DNA of 64,000 nucleotides from Candidatus Krumholzibacteriota bacterium (GTDB lineage: Bacteria; Krumholzibacteriota; Krumholzibacteriia; JAJRXK01), in assembly GCA_963764625.1 (NCBI GenBank), contig CAVXTH010000006.1, positions 768,001 through 832,000 on the forward strand. The letters are read 5' to 3'. The translations under genes and the position numbers were made by a program. Positions 38,363 to 48,620 of this stretch are shown here, in pieces (the stretch's first letter is position 1; every line of letters starts with the position of its first letter). The notes under the pieces are model-generated. The model was not told the DNA's origin. It ran no database searches and worked only from the letters and a program-made list of their open reading frames with translations.

Positions 38363-39278
38363 GAGATCTCAGCTCCGCGATCTCCACCAAGGCAGTCTTG
38401 ATCAGGGGATGGTCGGGGTCGGTCTCCAGCGCGGTCTTCAGTTCGCGTTCGGCCTCCTCGTAGTGCCCCTCTTCCATCAAGGTGAAGCCCAGGTTGATGC
38501 GCGCTTTCAGGTAATGCGGGTTCAGTTCGAGAGCCTGACGAAAGCTCGCCTTGGATTCTTCGATGAGTCCCATGTCGCCGTAGGCGAGCCCCAGGATGTG
38601 GCGCAGATCGGGGAATCGGGCGTGCTTGGCCACCAGTTCCTCCAGGATTTCCGCCGCCCCTTCCGGTTCTCCCTTGCGCAACAGACCCAGAGCCCTCTCG
38701 CGCCCGAGGCTGACCGTATCCAGGTCGAGGTGGCGGATTTCCGCCAGAATTTCAATCATCCGCTGCCGATCGCCCGTCTCACTGGACTCCAGCAGCGACT
38801 CGCAGAGATCCCGGAACAGCGCCGGGCAGGTGGCCCACAGAACCCGGATCTCGGCTCCGCACTGGGTGCTCTGGCCGAGTTCGAGGAGAGTCTGCACCAG
38901 ATTGACGCGCGCCAGGAAATAGCGCTCATTGATCGCCAGGGCGCGTCGAAACGCCTCGGCCGCCTCATCCAGTTTGCCGAGGTGGCGCGCCATATCTCCG
39001 ACTTTGTTGTGAATGTCCGCGAAGCGGGGCTCGTACTTGCAAGCCATGTGGTAGTGGTAGACCGCCCCTTGCAGATCGCGAGACGAGGCGGCATCTCCTA
39101 ATTGCAGATGCGCCTCGCAGGCATAGAGTCGTGCTTTCCCTCGTACGGCCGGATCGCCGTCCTCCAGGAGGGATTCGAACAGTTCCAGGGCCTCACCGAA
39201 ACACCCGTCGTTGAACAGGTCTAGCCCGTGCGTGAGGGGTTCCTGGGGCATTACTTTGAAGAGTTTCTTCAGAAACAT
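38355..39278 (-). CDS. Tetratricopeptide repeat protein
   Basis: Repeated TPR units ([36 protein letters not shown]). GAGGGG lies upstream of ATG 39278. Confidence 0.85.
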   Translation of the reverse strand: MFLKKLFKVMPQEPLTHGLDLFNDGCFGEALELFESLLEDGDPAVRGKARLYACEAHLQLGDAASSRDLQGAVYHYHMACKYEPRFADIHNKVGDMARHLGKLDEAAEAFRRALAINERYFLARVNLVQTLLELGQSTQCGAEIRVLWATCPALFRDLCESLLESSETGDRQRMIEILAEIRHLDLDTVSLGRERALGLLRKGEPEGAAEILEELVAKHARFPDLRHILGLAYGDMGLIEESKASFRQALELNPHYLKARINLGFTLMEEGHYEEAERELKTALETDPDHPLIKTALVEIAELRSHA

Positions 39279-39353
39279 CCTGCCCCCTCGTTTTTCCGAG
39301 CAGCATTCCTTTGCCGGCGACTTCGCCGAATTCCCATACGATCCCATGAAGCT

Positions 39354-39370
39354 TGCAAGGCTCCTGCCAA
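39354..39370 (-). promoter_or_regulatory. Sigma54 (-24/-12) promoter
   Basis: TTGGCAGGAGCCTTGCA (GG-N10-GC), intergenic, about 75 nt upstream of the TPR gene. Confidence 0.7.
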
Positions 39371-39423
39371 GGCGCTGTTTCCTTCGCGGTAGAGTCGGGG
39401 GCGAAAGGAGGGTGCGTGGTTCC

Positions 39424-41670
39424 CTAGAATGCCACGGAAGGGAAGATTCTTTCGTAAACTTTCCAGAAGCGGAGCACGTTATAGACGTAGTCGCGAGTCT
39501 CCGAGTAGGAGATGGTGATGAGCATCTCGGCGGCGGGCGCGCCCTCGCCCACTCGAGCCTTCCAGCGTCTCCCGTTGCCCTCTCCCGCGTTGTAGGCTGC
39601 GAGCGCCTGCAGGGGATCTCCGTTCGCTTCTTCCAGGAGTTGGGCGAAGTAGGCGCTCCCGTAGCGGAGGTTGGCCCGCGGATCCAATAGCCGCAGGGGA
39701 TCCAGCAGCGGCGGATCGGCGAGCTTGTCGGCCATGCGCTGGGCGGTGTCCGGAAGGAGCTGGAGCAGCCCGTACGCCCCCGCGCGCGACACCACTTCCG
39801 GCTCGTAGAAACTCTCGCGCCGCATGATCGCCCACAGCGCCGCCGGCGCCAGCCCGCGCGCGTGCGCCTCCTGCCTCACCACCGCCGCGAAGGGGGTGGG
39901 AAAGGTCACCTGCTCCAGCGCCGTGTCCAGCTCCTCGTCCCTCCCCTTCAGCGCCACCTGCAGCCACCACGCGCTCCGCGCCTGCTGCTCGGCCCGGCCA
40001 CTGGCCCAGGCGATCGCGCACGCGCGCAGCTGAACTTCGGGATTGCGTCGCGAAGGGAGCACCGTCTCCTGAAGAGCCCGCTCACCCCGCTCGAAGAACC
40101 CCCAGTGAAACAGGAGCGCCACCCGAATCCACCGCGGCGCACGCGGCGCGAAGAGGTCGGGGACCTCGAGGCGCTGCGCCAGGATTTGAAAGGCATCCAA
40201 CTGCTTTTGATACAGGCGGTCCAGGTCGCCAATTTGAGAGTCTGCTCGAAGGGTATCGCTCGAAGCGGGCAGGCCGAGGAAAGGGCTGTCGGGGAACTTC
40301 GCCTCGAGTTCCTCGGCCCAAGCTCGGGCCCGCTTCTGCTCCCCCAGTTGCCGCGCGCTGCGCTGGGCCAGCCACAGACCCGCCGCCGCTTCCTCCGCCC
40401 CCCCCAGGCTTCCCTTCAGCTCGCGCGCTCGCTCTTCCGCCCGGGCGTAGTCCCCCTCCTTGAAGGGGAGGTAGATCGCGCGCAGCGCCGCCGCGTGGGC
40501 GAAGGGTGCATTCTTGTGCTTCTTCGCGTAGCGCAAGAAGTTGTCCTCCGCTCGCCCCTCTTCTCCAGACAGCTCCCACATCCAGGCCGCTTCCCATAGA
40601 GCCTCGACGGCCCGGGGCGTCCCCGCGTACGCGCTCGCCACCGAATCGAAGCCGGCCGCAATCTCGACGCTGGCGCCGCCTCGCCGCCGCACCCCAAAGG
40701 GGTAGGCCGCCAGGGCAGCCTCGTCGTTCTCGTCGAGTCCCCGCGGGTGAGGTTCCTCCAGGAGCTGCGCGAGTTCCTCGTGCCGGCGAAGGCGATAGAG
40801 TTGTTCGACCGCGATGAGATAACTCTCGCGTGCCTCGAGACCCGTGCCGTCCTTCCAGGCGGCCAACGCGAGCTGCAGGGCGCTCTCCCTCCGTGCGTTT
40901 GACGCCAACCAACGCGCGACTTCATGGCGCGCGTCACCACGGGCCGCGGCTTGCAGAAGCCCCGGATGCGCGTCCCAAAACGCTAGGGACCACAGCTTCT
41001 CCGCCCCACTGCGCAGTCCTTTCACGTAGGCGAGCCAGCTCTCGATCGCGCTGCAGGGATCACCCGCGCGCAAGAGAGTGAGGGCGCGGAAGGCGAACAC
41101 TCTTTCCCGTCGCTGCAGAGAGGAGGCCCGGTCCCACGCGGATTCATAGCGCAGAATCGAGTTGGAGATCTCGCCGCGCGCCAGTTCGAGACGGGCGCCC
41201 AAGGCCTTCCACACCGCATCCTCTTCGTGCGCGGCCCGTGGATGGCGCCAGACGAATTCGGCGAGTTTGGTTTGCTTCAGATCTAGCGCCGCTTCCAGAC
41301 AGAAGCGATCGAGATCGTCCGCCATTGGCGCGAGCGAAGCGGGCAGAGTCCGGTGCTTCTTCACCAGCTTCTCGAGCGCGCGCTTCGCGTTCGCGGGCTC
41401 TCCCTGTTGCAGGGCGATGCGGACGCGATGCCAGTCGGCGATGGTCGCGGGAATTTCCTCTGCCGCCAAGATCTTGCCCAGTTCGTCTCGCTGCGAGAAC
41501 GAGAGCGCGAGCAACAGGCGTTCGCGCGCGGAGTGGGCCAGCGACAGATCGTGCAAGACCAGTGCTCTGCTGGGGGCCGCATCCGAATTGGGTTCCGTGC
41601 GGGCGGAGCTAGGCGCGTATAGAGTGGCAGCGGCGAGGGCGAAAACGAAGAGAGGAGAGCGGAGCCGCAC
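39424..41670 (-). CDS. Soluble lytic murein transglycosylase (Slt-type) with helical/TPR N-terminus
   Basis: Signal peptide, AIMRRES, GAYGLLQL, AAYNAG, ETRDYV. Confidence 0.88.
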   Translation of the reverse strand: MRLRSPLFVFALAAATLYAPSSARTEPNSDAAPSRALVLHDLSLAHSARERLLLALSFSQRDELGKILAAEEIPATIADWHRVRIALQQGEPANAKRALEKLVKKHRTLPASLAPMADDLDRFCLEAALDLKQTKLAEFVWRHPRAAHEEDAVWKALGARLELARGEISNSILRYESAWDRASSLQRRERVFAFRALTLLRAGDPCSAIESWLAYVKGLRSGAEKLWSLAFWDAHPGLLQAAARGDARHEVARWLASNARRESALQLALAAWKDGTGLEARESYLIAVEQLYRLRRHEELAQLLEEPHPRGLDENDEAALAAYPFGVRRRGGASVEIAAGFDSVASAYAGTPRAVEALWEAAWMWELSGEEGRAEDNFLRYAKKHKNAPFAHAAALRAIYLPFKEGDYARAEERARELKGSLGGAEEAAAGLWLAQRSARQLGEQKRARAWAEELEAKFPDSPFLGLPASSDTLRADSQIGDLDRLYQKQLDAFQILAQRLEVPDLFAPRAPRWIRVALLFHWGFFERGERALQETVLPSRRNPEVQLRACAIAWASGRAEQQARSAWWLQVALKGRDEELDTALEQVTFPTPFAAVVRQEAHARGLAPAALWAIMRRESFYEPEVVSRAGAYGLLQLLPDTAQRMADKLADPPLLDPLRLLDPRANLRYGSAYFAQLLEEANGDPLQALAAYNAGEGNGRRWKARVGEGAPAAEMLITISYSETRDYVYNVLRFWKVYERIFPSVAF

Positions 41671-41698
41671 GGGGTCTTCCTCGACTGGGGTTGAGGTT

Positions 41699-44512
41699 TC
41701 AGTGGATCAGAGTCACCGAAATCGCTTTGTAACGCGAGGGGGAAAGACGCGCCGAGTACATCCCTGACGCCAGGCGCCTGTTTGCATCGTCGGTGCCATC
41801 CCAGCTCACCAAGCCCAGACCGGCGGGAAAGAGCAGTCGGCGCAGTTTGCGTCCCCGTCGATCGTAGATCTCCAGCCAACGGTCCGAGCCAGCCGCATCG
41901 GCGACGAAGTTCACCCAGTCCGAAGCCGGATTCGGCTGCGCGCGAAACTCCTGCCCGGTGCCACGACTGCCCGCCGTTGCCAGCAGGATCTGCGTGCTAC
42001 TTCCCACGAACGCCCCCACTTCCAGCACCGGCCACGAAGGTCGCGTGAAAAGGAACCGCGTCTCCCCGCTCGCATCCAGTCGTTGCGCCGCGCACAAGAG
42101 CTGCCAGTCCACGTCCGGCGGCATCCTGGCCCAGAGAGACGCGCTGAGACTGTCGGGTGCCGGCGTCACGCGCAGCAGGGCCTCGTTGGCCGAGGGAAGC
42201 GAAAGGAGCGCCTCGGCGGGCGTCTCTCCCACCCTAGCGCCGGCCAGGCTCCACCCTCCCGCCGTGTCCCGGATGACCCCGTCGGCGTCGCTGGCGAAGC
42301 GGAAGCGCAGGCGCAGGGGCAAGGGACTCGGGGGAAGGAGGGCCTCCTGGGCCCTCCAGGCGCTGCTGGTGCCGCCGAAGCCCACGAGACCGCTGGTGGC
42401 GGCCCGGCTCAGAGGCACGATCACGGTGGCGTCGGGCCCTAGGGGCGTGAGCACGCGCCACCGGTCGCCGGGGCTCTGGACCTCGACCACGCCCCCATCC
42501 CAGGCCTCTCCTGGAAGGGAGGCCTCGCTGTGCACCCGCGACCAGAAGCGCAGGATGGAATCCGCGGGCGACTGCACCGCGATCCAGGGCGAAACCAGCT
42601 GCAGCTCGCAGCAGTCGCCGTAGGCATAGTCTTGCGTGGTGTTCACGCTCCAGCCGCTGAGCCCGAGCTCGGGAGTTTGGCTGGGGCTCAGGGGAGTGAA
42701 CTCCGTCGCGGGGAGCCCCGGCGCGAGGACCTCGGCCTGCCAGCGCACGAACGAGGACGCGGCCAGACCGCCCCCGGCCAGCAGAGGAATCCCCCCTTCG
42801 ATGGTTTGGCTCTCTGCGTTCACCTCCAGCTCGAGGCGAAACGAGGCGTCCAGCGCGGAGGTCTGCATCGGGGCGTCCAGCACGATGGTTTGCCGCAAGA
42901 CGTAGCCCTTTGCCCCCGGGTCAAGCGCGACCCAGTCCAGAGTGGAAGCGCTCAGCCCCTCGCCAAGCGAGAGGATCCGAACCCGGGCCGAAGAGATCAT
43001 GGCCAGGCTCGTCGGCAGGAACCGCAGTTGCCAGACTCGACTGCTTCCCGGGGCCAGACCGACGCGTCCGTCCTCGAAGCGAGCGTCGACGAGTTCCAGT
43101 CCGGCGCGCGCGCTCTTCTCCAGCTGGAGGGTGAAGCGGTGCAGACTCGCAGCAGAGACGCGGATGCGCGGGGGCGCCTTCAGAGGCGAGGGGGCCTGCG
43201 ACTCGCTCGAGGGAAGCGTATTCGGACCCAATTCGAAATTGCCAGAACTCTCACCGTAGACGTCGGTTGCATCTCCTTGATTCACGTGATTCTCGAGGTC
43301 TTGACGGCCGTCCGCCTGGAGCAGCTGCACCACGGGGAACTCCGCCCCGGCGCAGCTTCGCCCATCCTCGTCGACTCGATAGATCAAGACGCCCTCTCCG
43401 GGGAGCGCCCCATCGCGGGGCGTGAGCTGCGCCGCGCGGGCTTCCACCAGAAACCGCTCCCGCCCCCACTCCGCTCCGGGTGCCAAGGCCACATAACGCG
43501 ACGGAGCGGCCACTGCATCGAGCTGCACCTCGCGGGTCGAGTCCACTGGCAACTCCTCCCCCCAACCCAGGAGGGAGCGCGAGTAGGCATCGAGTCCGGT
43601 CGGGTCATATCCCGCACCGCCCCAGGTTCCGGTTGCCATGAGCGACCAGAGGCCCAAGCCGCCGCTGGCGTACCCGTCCCCCGTCTGGTCGGCGGGAAGG
43701 TTCAGATCGTAGAGGTCGACCAGGCCCAGGAGATGACCCGCCTCGTGCACCAGAATTCCCAGGGGGTCCAGCGCGGACGCGAGCGCGAAGGGATCCGCGC
43801 CGACTCCACACTCCTGCAGGACGACGCTTTGGTCCATGCGATCCTGCAGCGCCATCATGCCGTTCTCCTCCACCTGGATTTCGATTCCCCGGTCGGGATG
43901 CAACACGATGAGGTAGTCGATGAGACCGTCGTCATCCCCGCTGCCGGGAATCCCGTCGGGGCCATCGTCGTCGAAATCCCACCAGGGTCCCAAGAGCGGC
44001 GCCGCCGCGCACACCGCGTCCTCAGCCAGGCGACGGCTCCCCACGAGTCGTGGCCGCCCTTGAAAGACGTTCTGGTAGAAGGACCGAGACTGCGGCAGGC
44101 GGATCCAAGGCAGGACGCGACCGCGCGGAATCAGCCGCCCGCCGCTCACTTCCTGCCAGTACCGGGTGAAGGAGGATTCGCGCTGGGAATCGAAGAAGCG
44201 CGCCGTGAGTTCTTGCTGCGAGACCGGTCCCTGCTGCGGACCGTCCGCGTAGAGTACCGGAATCACGAGAAAATTCCGCTCGGGATGGGCGGACGCCTTG
44301 CCCGCGTTCGTTCCGGGCGATTCCAGACGCAGATGCGAGGGCTCCTTCAACTGCCGGTCGCGCAGCTCCAGCAGAGCGCGCGCGAATTCGTCTCGCTGAA
44401 TCCTCGCGTCCTTCCAGACCGCATGGCCGGGACCGAACACGCTGGCTTGGGCTGGAAGCGCGAGCAAGAACCAGACAGCGATGAGTAGCCAATCACGGAG
44501 GCGAGATCTCAT
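41699..44512 (-). CDS. Secreted M6 (immune inhibitor A-like) metalloprotease with FlgD-Ig/T9SS-like C-terminal domain
   Basis: Signal peptide, HEAGHLLGLVDLYD, WSLMATG, DGPDG..DDDG loop. Tail PNPAS..IYDRRGR..WDGTD..ASGMY. Confidence 0.8.
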   Translation of the reverse strand: MRSRLRDWLLIAVWFLLALPAQASVFGPGHAVWKDARIQRDEFARALLELRDRQLKEPSHLRLESPGTNAGKASAHPERNFLVIPVLYADGPQQGPVSQQELTARFFDSQRESSFTRYWQEVSGGRLIPRGRVLPWIRLPQSRSFYQNVFQGRPRLVGSRRLAEDAVCAAAPLLGPWWDFDDDGPDGIPGSGDDDGLIDYLIVLHPDRGIEIQVEENGMMALQDRMDQSVVLQECGVGADPFALASALDPLGILVHEAGHLLGLVDLYDLNLPADQTGDGYASGGLGLWSLMATGTWGGAGYDPTGLDAYSRSLLGWGEELPVDSTREVQLDAVAAPSRYVALAPGAEWGRERFLVEARAAQLTPRDGALPGEGVLIYRVDEDGRSCAGAEFPVVQLLQADGRQDLENHVNQGDATDVYGESSGNFELGPNTLPSSESQAPSPLKAPPRIRVSAASLHRFTLQLEKSARAGLELVDARFEDGRVGLAPGSSRVWQLRFLPTSLAMISSARVRILSLGEGLSASTLDWVALDPGAKGYVLRQTIVLDAPMQTSALDASFRLELEVNAESQTIEGGIPLLAGGGLAASSFVRWQAEVLAPGLPATEFTPLSPSQTPELGLSGWSVNTTQDYAYGDCCELQLVSPWIAVQSPADSILRFWSRVHSEASLPGEAWDGGVVEVQSPGDRWRVLTPLGPDATVIVPLSRAATSGLVGFGGTSSAWRAQEALLPPSPLPLRLRFRFASDADGVIRDTAGGWSLAGARVGETPAEALLSLPSANEALLRVTPAPDSLSASLWARMPPDVDWQLLCAAQRLDASGETRFLFTRPSWPVLEVGAFVGSSTQILLATAGSRGTGQEFRAQPNPASDWVNFVADAAGSDRWLEIYDRRGRKLRRLLFPAGLGLVSWDGTDDANRRLASGMYSARLSPSRYKAISVTLIH

Positions 44513-44576
44513 GAATCCTCGGCCGGGCAAGACGTCCTTCGGTAAATATAACGAAGGGGTTCCGCCGGGATCAAAC

Positions 44577-46119
44577 TCACTCCCATTCGATCGTCGAGGG
44601 GGGCTTGGAGGAAATGTCGTAGACCACGCGATTGATGCCGCGCACCTCACGCACGATCCGGCTGCTCACGCGCGCCAAAACCTCGTCGGGAATCCGCGCC
44701 CAGTCGGCGGTCATGGCATCCACGCTGGTCACGGCTCGCAGCGCCACCACGCTCTCGTAGCTTCGTGCGTCGCCCATGACACCCACGCTCTTGAGCGGCA
44801 GAAGGACTGCTCCCGCCTGCCAGATGCGATCGTAGAGACCGCTCCGGCGCAACTCCTCGATGAAGATCGCGTCGGCCTGACGCAACAGAACGAGGCGCTC
44901 TTCGTTCACCTCCCCCAGGCAGCGCACCGCGAGTCCGGGGCCGGGAAAGGGATGACGGGTGAGAAGTTCGGAGCTGATGTTCAGTTGGGCGCCGATGGCC
45001 CGCACTTCGTCCTTGAAGAGTTCGGCCAGAGGTTCGATGAGTTTGAATCCCAGGCGCTCAGGAAGTCCTCCCACGTTGTGATGGGTCTTGATCACGTGGC
45101 TCGGTCCCCGCACCGAGAGGCTCTCGATGCGATCGGGATAGAGCGTACCCTGCGCGAGAAACTTGAACGGCCCCAGACGTTTCGCCGCTTCCTCGAAGAC
45201 CTCGATGAAGGTGTGCCCGATGATGGTCCGTTTTTCCTCCGGATCGCAGACGCCCTTTCAGCTTCTGAAGGAAGGGGACGCGCGCGTCGATCACTTCGAG
45301 CCGGTGGTGCAAGAGGGCGCCCAGACGTTCGACGACTCTCGCGGCCTCGCCCTGCCTGAGAAGTCCGTTGTCCACGAAGACCGGAGTCAGCTGAGCGCCC
45401 ACCGCGCGCTCGACGAGGACGGCCATCACCGTGGAATCGACGCCCCCGCTCACCGCGCAGAGAATGCGGTCCTCCCCCACCCTTGCGCGGATCGAGGCGA
45501 TCTCCTCCTCGATGAACGAACCCCGGTCCCATCCTTCCTCGACTCTGCAGATCGTGCGGACGAAGTTCTCCAGGATGTGCATTCCGTACTGGGTGTGACT
45601 CACTTCGGGATGGAACTGCAGACCGTAGAGTCCGCGCAGCTCGTCCGCCATGGCCGCGATCACTCCGTCCTCGGTGCGTGCCGTGATCTTGAAGCCTTCG
45701 GGTACGCGCGTCACTTGATCGCCGTGGCTCATCCATACGTTCTGGAGCGCGGGGGTGGAGTGGAAGAGCCGGCTTTGGACTTCGATCACCAGGCGAGCGT
45801 CTCCGTACTCGCGGCCCCTTGCTTCCTCGACCGTTCCTCGAAGTTCCAGGGCCATGAGTTGCATACCGTAACAGATGCCCAGGACCGGCTTCCCCAAATG
45901 CAGAAGCTCCTTGCCGATTCCTGGCGCCTCCGCTTCGTTCACGCTCGAGGGACCACCGGAGAGGATGATTCCGGCCAGATCCCCCCGGTCCTGCAGTTGT
46001 CGGCTCATGCTGGGGGTGATGAGTTCGCTGAACGCACCCAGCTCGCGCAAGCGCCGCGTGATCAACTGGCTGTATTGGGAACCGAAGTCCACGACCACTA
46101 TGGTGGGCCGGTGGCTCAT
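44577..46119 (-). CDS. guaA: GMP synthase (glutamine-hydrolysing), frameshifted at about 45255
   Basis: [29 protein letters not shown], then in the +1 frame [33 protein letters not shown]. Confidence 0.93.
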
Positions 46120-46132
46120 TCCTCTTCCTTTC

Positions 46133-47650
46133 TCAGTGACGAAAGTGCCTTACTGCGGTGTGAAAGAGGCTCACGCCCAAATCCTGCGCCACCTCCACCA
46201 CTTCGGTGTCGCGAATGGACCCACCCGGCTGCACGATGGTCGCCACTCCCGCTTGCGCCAAGACGGTCAGTCCGTCGGGGAAGGGAAAGAAGGCGTCGCT
46301 GGCCGCGGCGCACCCGGCGAGGGTGAGCTGAGCGTCCTTGGCCTTGCGAATGGCCAAGTGACATGAATCGACGCGGCTCATCTGCCCCGCTCCGACGCCC
46401 AAGGTTCCCGACGAGTTCGCGAGCACGATTGCGTTGCTCTTGACGTGCTTGGCCACGATCCAGGCCAGCCGCGCTGCGGCGATCATTTCGTCATCGGGCA
46501 AGGGTCCGGCCACGTGCTGCCAGCGCTGCAATTCCGGAAAGCCCTCGTCCTCCTCCTGGCGAAGCACCAGCCGCCCCCATCGACGCGTCGCGCCCTGACT
46601 GCTCACACCAAAGCGCTGATAATCGACGCTCAGAACGCGCAGATTCTTCTTCTTGGCCAGAAGCTCTCTCGCCTCTTCGTCAAAGGACGGCGCGGCCACC
46701 ACTTCCAGGAACATCTCCTTCAAGCGCGCCGCCGCCTCAGCATCGACCGCGCGGCGGAACACCACGATTCCTCCGAACGCAGAAACCGGATCGGTGGCGA
46801 GGGCGCGTTCGAAGGCGGTACGTGGCGAGTCCCCCAGTCCCACTCCACAGGGGTTGGTGTGTTTGAGAATCGCGCAGGCATGGTCCGGCAGATCGGCGGC
46901 GAGCTTCAATGCCGCCACCAGATCGACGAGATTGTTGTAGCTGAGTTCCTTGCCTCCGTGCAGCGTGAGACCCAGCTCGTGAAGATCACCCCCGCCGTCA
47001 ATACTCCACCAGGCGCGCTGGTGCGGATTCTCTCCATAGCGCAGAGCCCGCTCGTTCTCCTTTAGCTTTTCCTCGGCGAAGAACTCGCGCGCGATCATCT
47101 CGTCGTAGCGTGAGGTGAGGCGAAACACGCGCTCCGCCATGCGGCGGCGAAACTTGAGACAACTGCTCCCTTCGTGCCGCTCCATCTCCTGCACGAACTT
47201 GGGGTAGGACGCGGGGTCGCACAGAACCGTCACCCGCTGGAAGTTCTTCGCCGCGGCGCGAAGAAGCGTAGGCCCCCCGATGTCGATCGCCTCCACTAAC
47301 TCCTCTTCACTCGCGTCCCGATTCGTCGCACCCTGGAAGTCGTAGAGGTTCACCACCACCACGTCGATGGCGGCGAAACCCGTGTTCTGCAGATCGGCTT
47401 CTTCTTTGGCCAAGATTCCGGCCGCGATCGCGGGGTGGAGGGTCTTGACTCTCCCCTGCAGGATCTCGGGTTGACCGGTGTAGTCGGCGACCTCGGTGAC
47501 GCTAAGCCCCGCCTCGCGCAAACACCGCGCGGTGCCCCCACTGGCCAGCAACTCGTAGCCGTTTTCGACCAGGGCTTTTCCCAAGGGCTTGAGTCCGCTC
47601 TTGTCGGTCACGCTCAAGAGCGCTCTCGCTCTGTGCTTCAAGCTACACAC
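46133..47650 (-). CDS. purH: Bifunctional AICAR transformylase / IMP cyclohydrolase
   Basis: ALLSVTDK, GRVKTLHP, IDIGGP, RYGENPHQ, ASDAFFPFPD, RHFRH. Confidence 0.96.
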   Translation of the reverse strand: MCSLKHRARALLSVTDKSGLKPLGKALVENGYELLASGGTARCLREAGLSVTEVADYTGQPEILQGRVKTLHPAIAAGILAKEEADLQNTGFAAIDVVVVNLYDFQGATNRDASEEELVEAIDIGGPTLLRAAAKNFQRVTVLCDPASYPKFVQEMERHEGSSCLKFRRRMAERVFRLTSRYDEMIAREFFAEEKLKENERALRYGENPHQRAWWSIDGGGDLHELGLTLHGGKELSYNNLVDLVAALKLAADLPDHACAILKHTNPCGVGLGDSPRTAFERALATDPVSAFGGIVVFRRAVDAEAAARLKEMFLEVVAAPSFDEEARELLAKKKNLRVLSVDYQRFGVSSQGATRRWGRLVLRQEEDEGFPELQRWQHVAGPLPDDEMIAAARLAWIVAKHVKSNAIVLANSSGTLGVGAGQMSRVDSCHLAIRKAKDAQLTLAGCAAASDAFFPFPDGLTVLAQAGVATIVQPGGSIRDTEVVEVAQDLGVSLFHTAVRHFRH

Positions 47651-48549
47651 TCCCGGGCACGCTCAGGGAAGAGACGGGTGAAGATCTCGAGGTAGGCGTC
47701 GTAGGTGTGCTCCAGAATCGAAGGAGTGAGCTCAGGAGCCGGTGGGGTCTTGTCCCAATCCAGGGTCGCCAGATGATTGCGGAGCACTTGTTTGTCCATG
47801 CTGTCCTGTTCGCGCCCGGGCTCGTACTTCTGCGCATCCCAGTAGCGCGAGGAATCGGGAGTCAAGAGTTCGTCGACCAGGATCAAGTCCCCGTTGACGA
47901 ATCCGAATTCGAACTTGGTGTCGGCGATGAGGATTCCCCGCTCGGCCGCCATGCGGCTGGCCTTCTCGTAGATCGCCAGACTCTCGCGCCGAATTTCCTC
48001 GTAGGCGCGATCGCCCAGGATTTCGCGGGCGCGCTTCTCGTCGATGTTCTCGTCGTGCCCGCTCTTGGCCTTGGTGGCCGGGGTGAACAGGGGCGTCGCG
48101 AACTTCTGCCCGTTCACCATGCCAGAGGGAAGTCGATGGCCGCACACCGCCCCCGTCGCCTGGTAGTCGCGCAGGCCGCTGCCGGCCAGATAGCCGCGCA
48201 CCACCGCCTCCAGCTCGGGCTGCTCGGCCCGCTTGACCAGCATCACCCGGCCGTGCAGGCGATCGGCGTGGCGCCGGAAGGGTTCGGGTAGATCCTCAGC
48301 ATTCGCGTGGATTAGATGGTGATGCAGAGAGTTCCCGAAGTACTCGTACCAGGCGAGGGTCATCTGGGTGAGGATGACGCCGCGTCCGGGCACCGGTTCG
48401 TTCATGATGACGTCGAAGGCGCTGATCCGGTCGGTGGCGACCAGAAGAAGGTTCTCACCGAGCTCGAAGATCTCGCGAACCTTTCCACGAGTATCCGGCG
48501 AAAGTCCGAGCTCGTCGCAACGGACCAGGGTCGGAAACGGACTTTTCAT
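47638..48549 (-). CDS. purC: SAICAR synthase
   Basis: GKVREIF, ATDRISAFD, VVRGYLAGSG, ADTKFEFG, DELLTPDSSRYW. Confidence 0.95.
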   Translation of the reverse strand: MKSPFPTLVRCDELGLSPDTRGKVREIFELGENLLLVATDRISAFDVIMNEPVPGRGVILTQMTLAWYEYFGNSLHHHLIHANAEDLPEPFRRHADRLHGRVMLVKRAEQPELEAVVRGYLAGSGLRDYQATGAVCGHRLPSGMVNGQKFATPLFTPATKAKSGHDENIDEKRAREILGDRAYEEIRRESLAIYEKASRMAAERGILIADTKFEFGFVNGDLILVDELLTPDSSRYWDAQKYEPGREQDSMDKQVLRNHLATLDWDKTPPAPELTPSILEHTYDAYLEIFTRLFPERARECVA

Positions 48550-48620
48550 CGAATTTGCTCTTCCCATTGGGCCGGGGAATTTCGCGCGCGGCGGCAGCAT
48601 AAGGCCGTGCTCCGGCAGCG

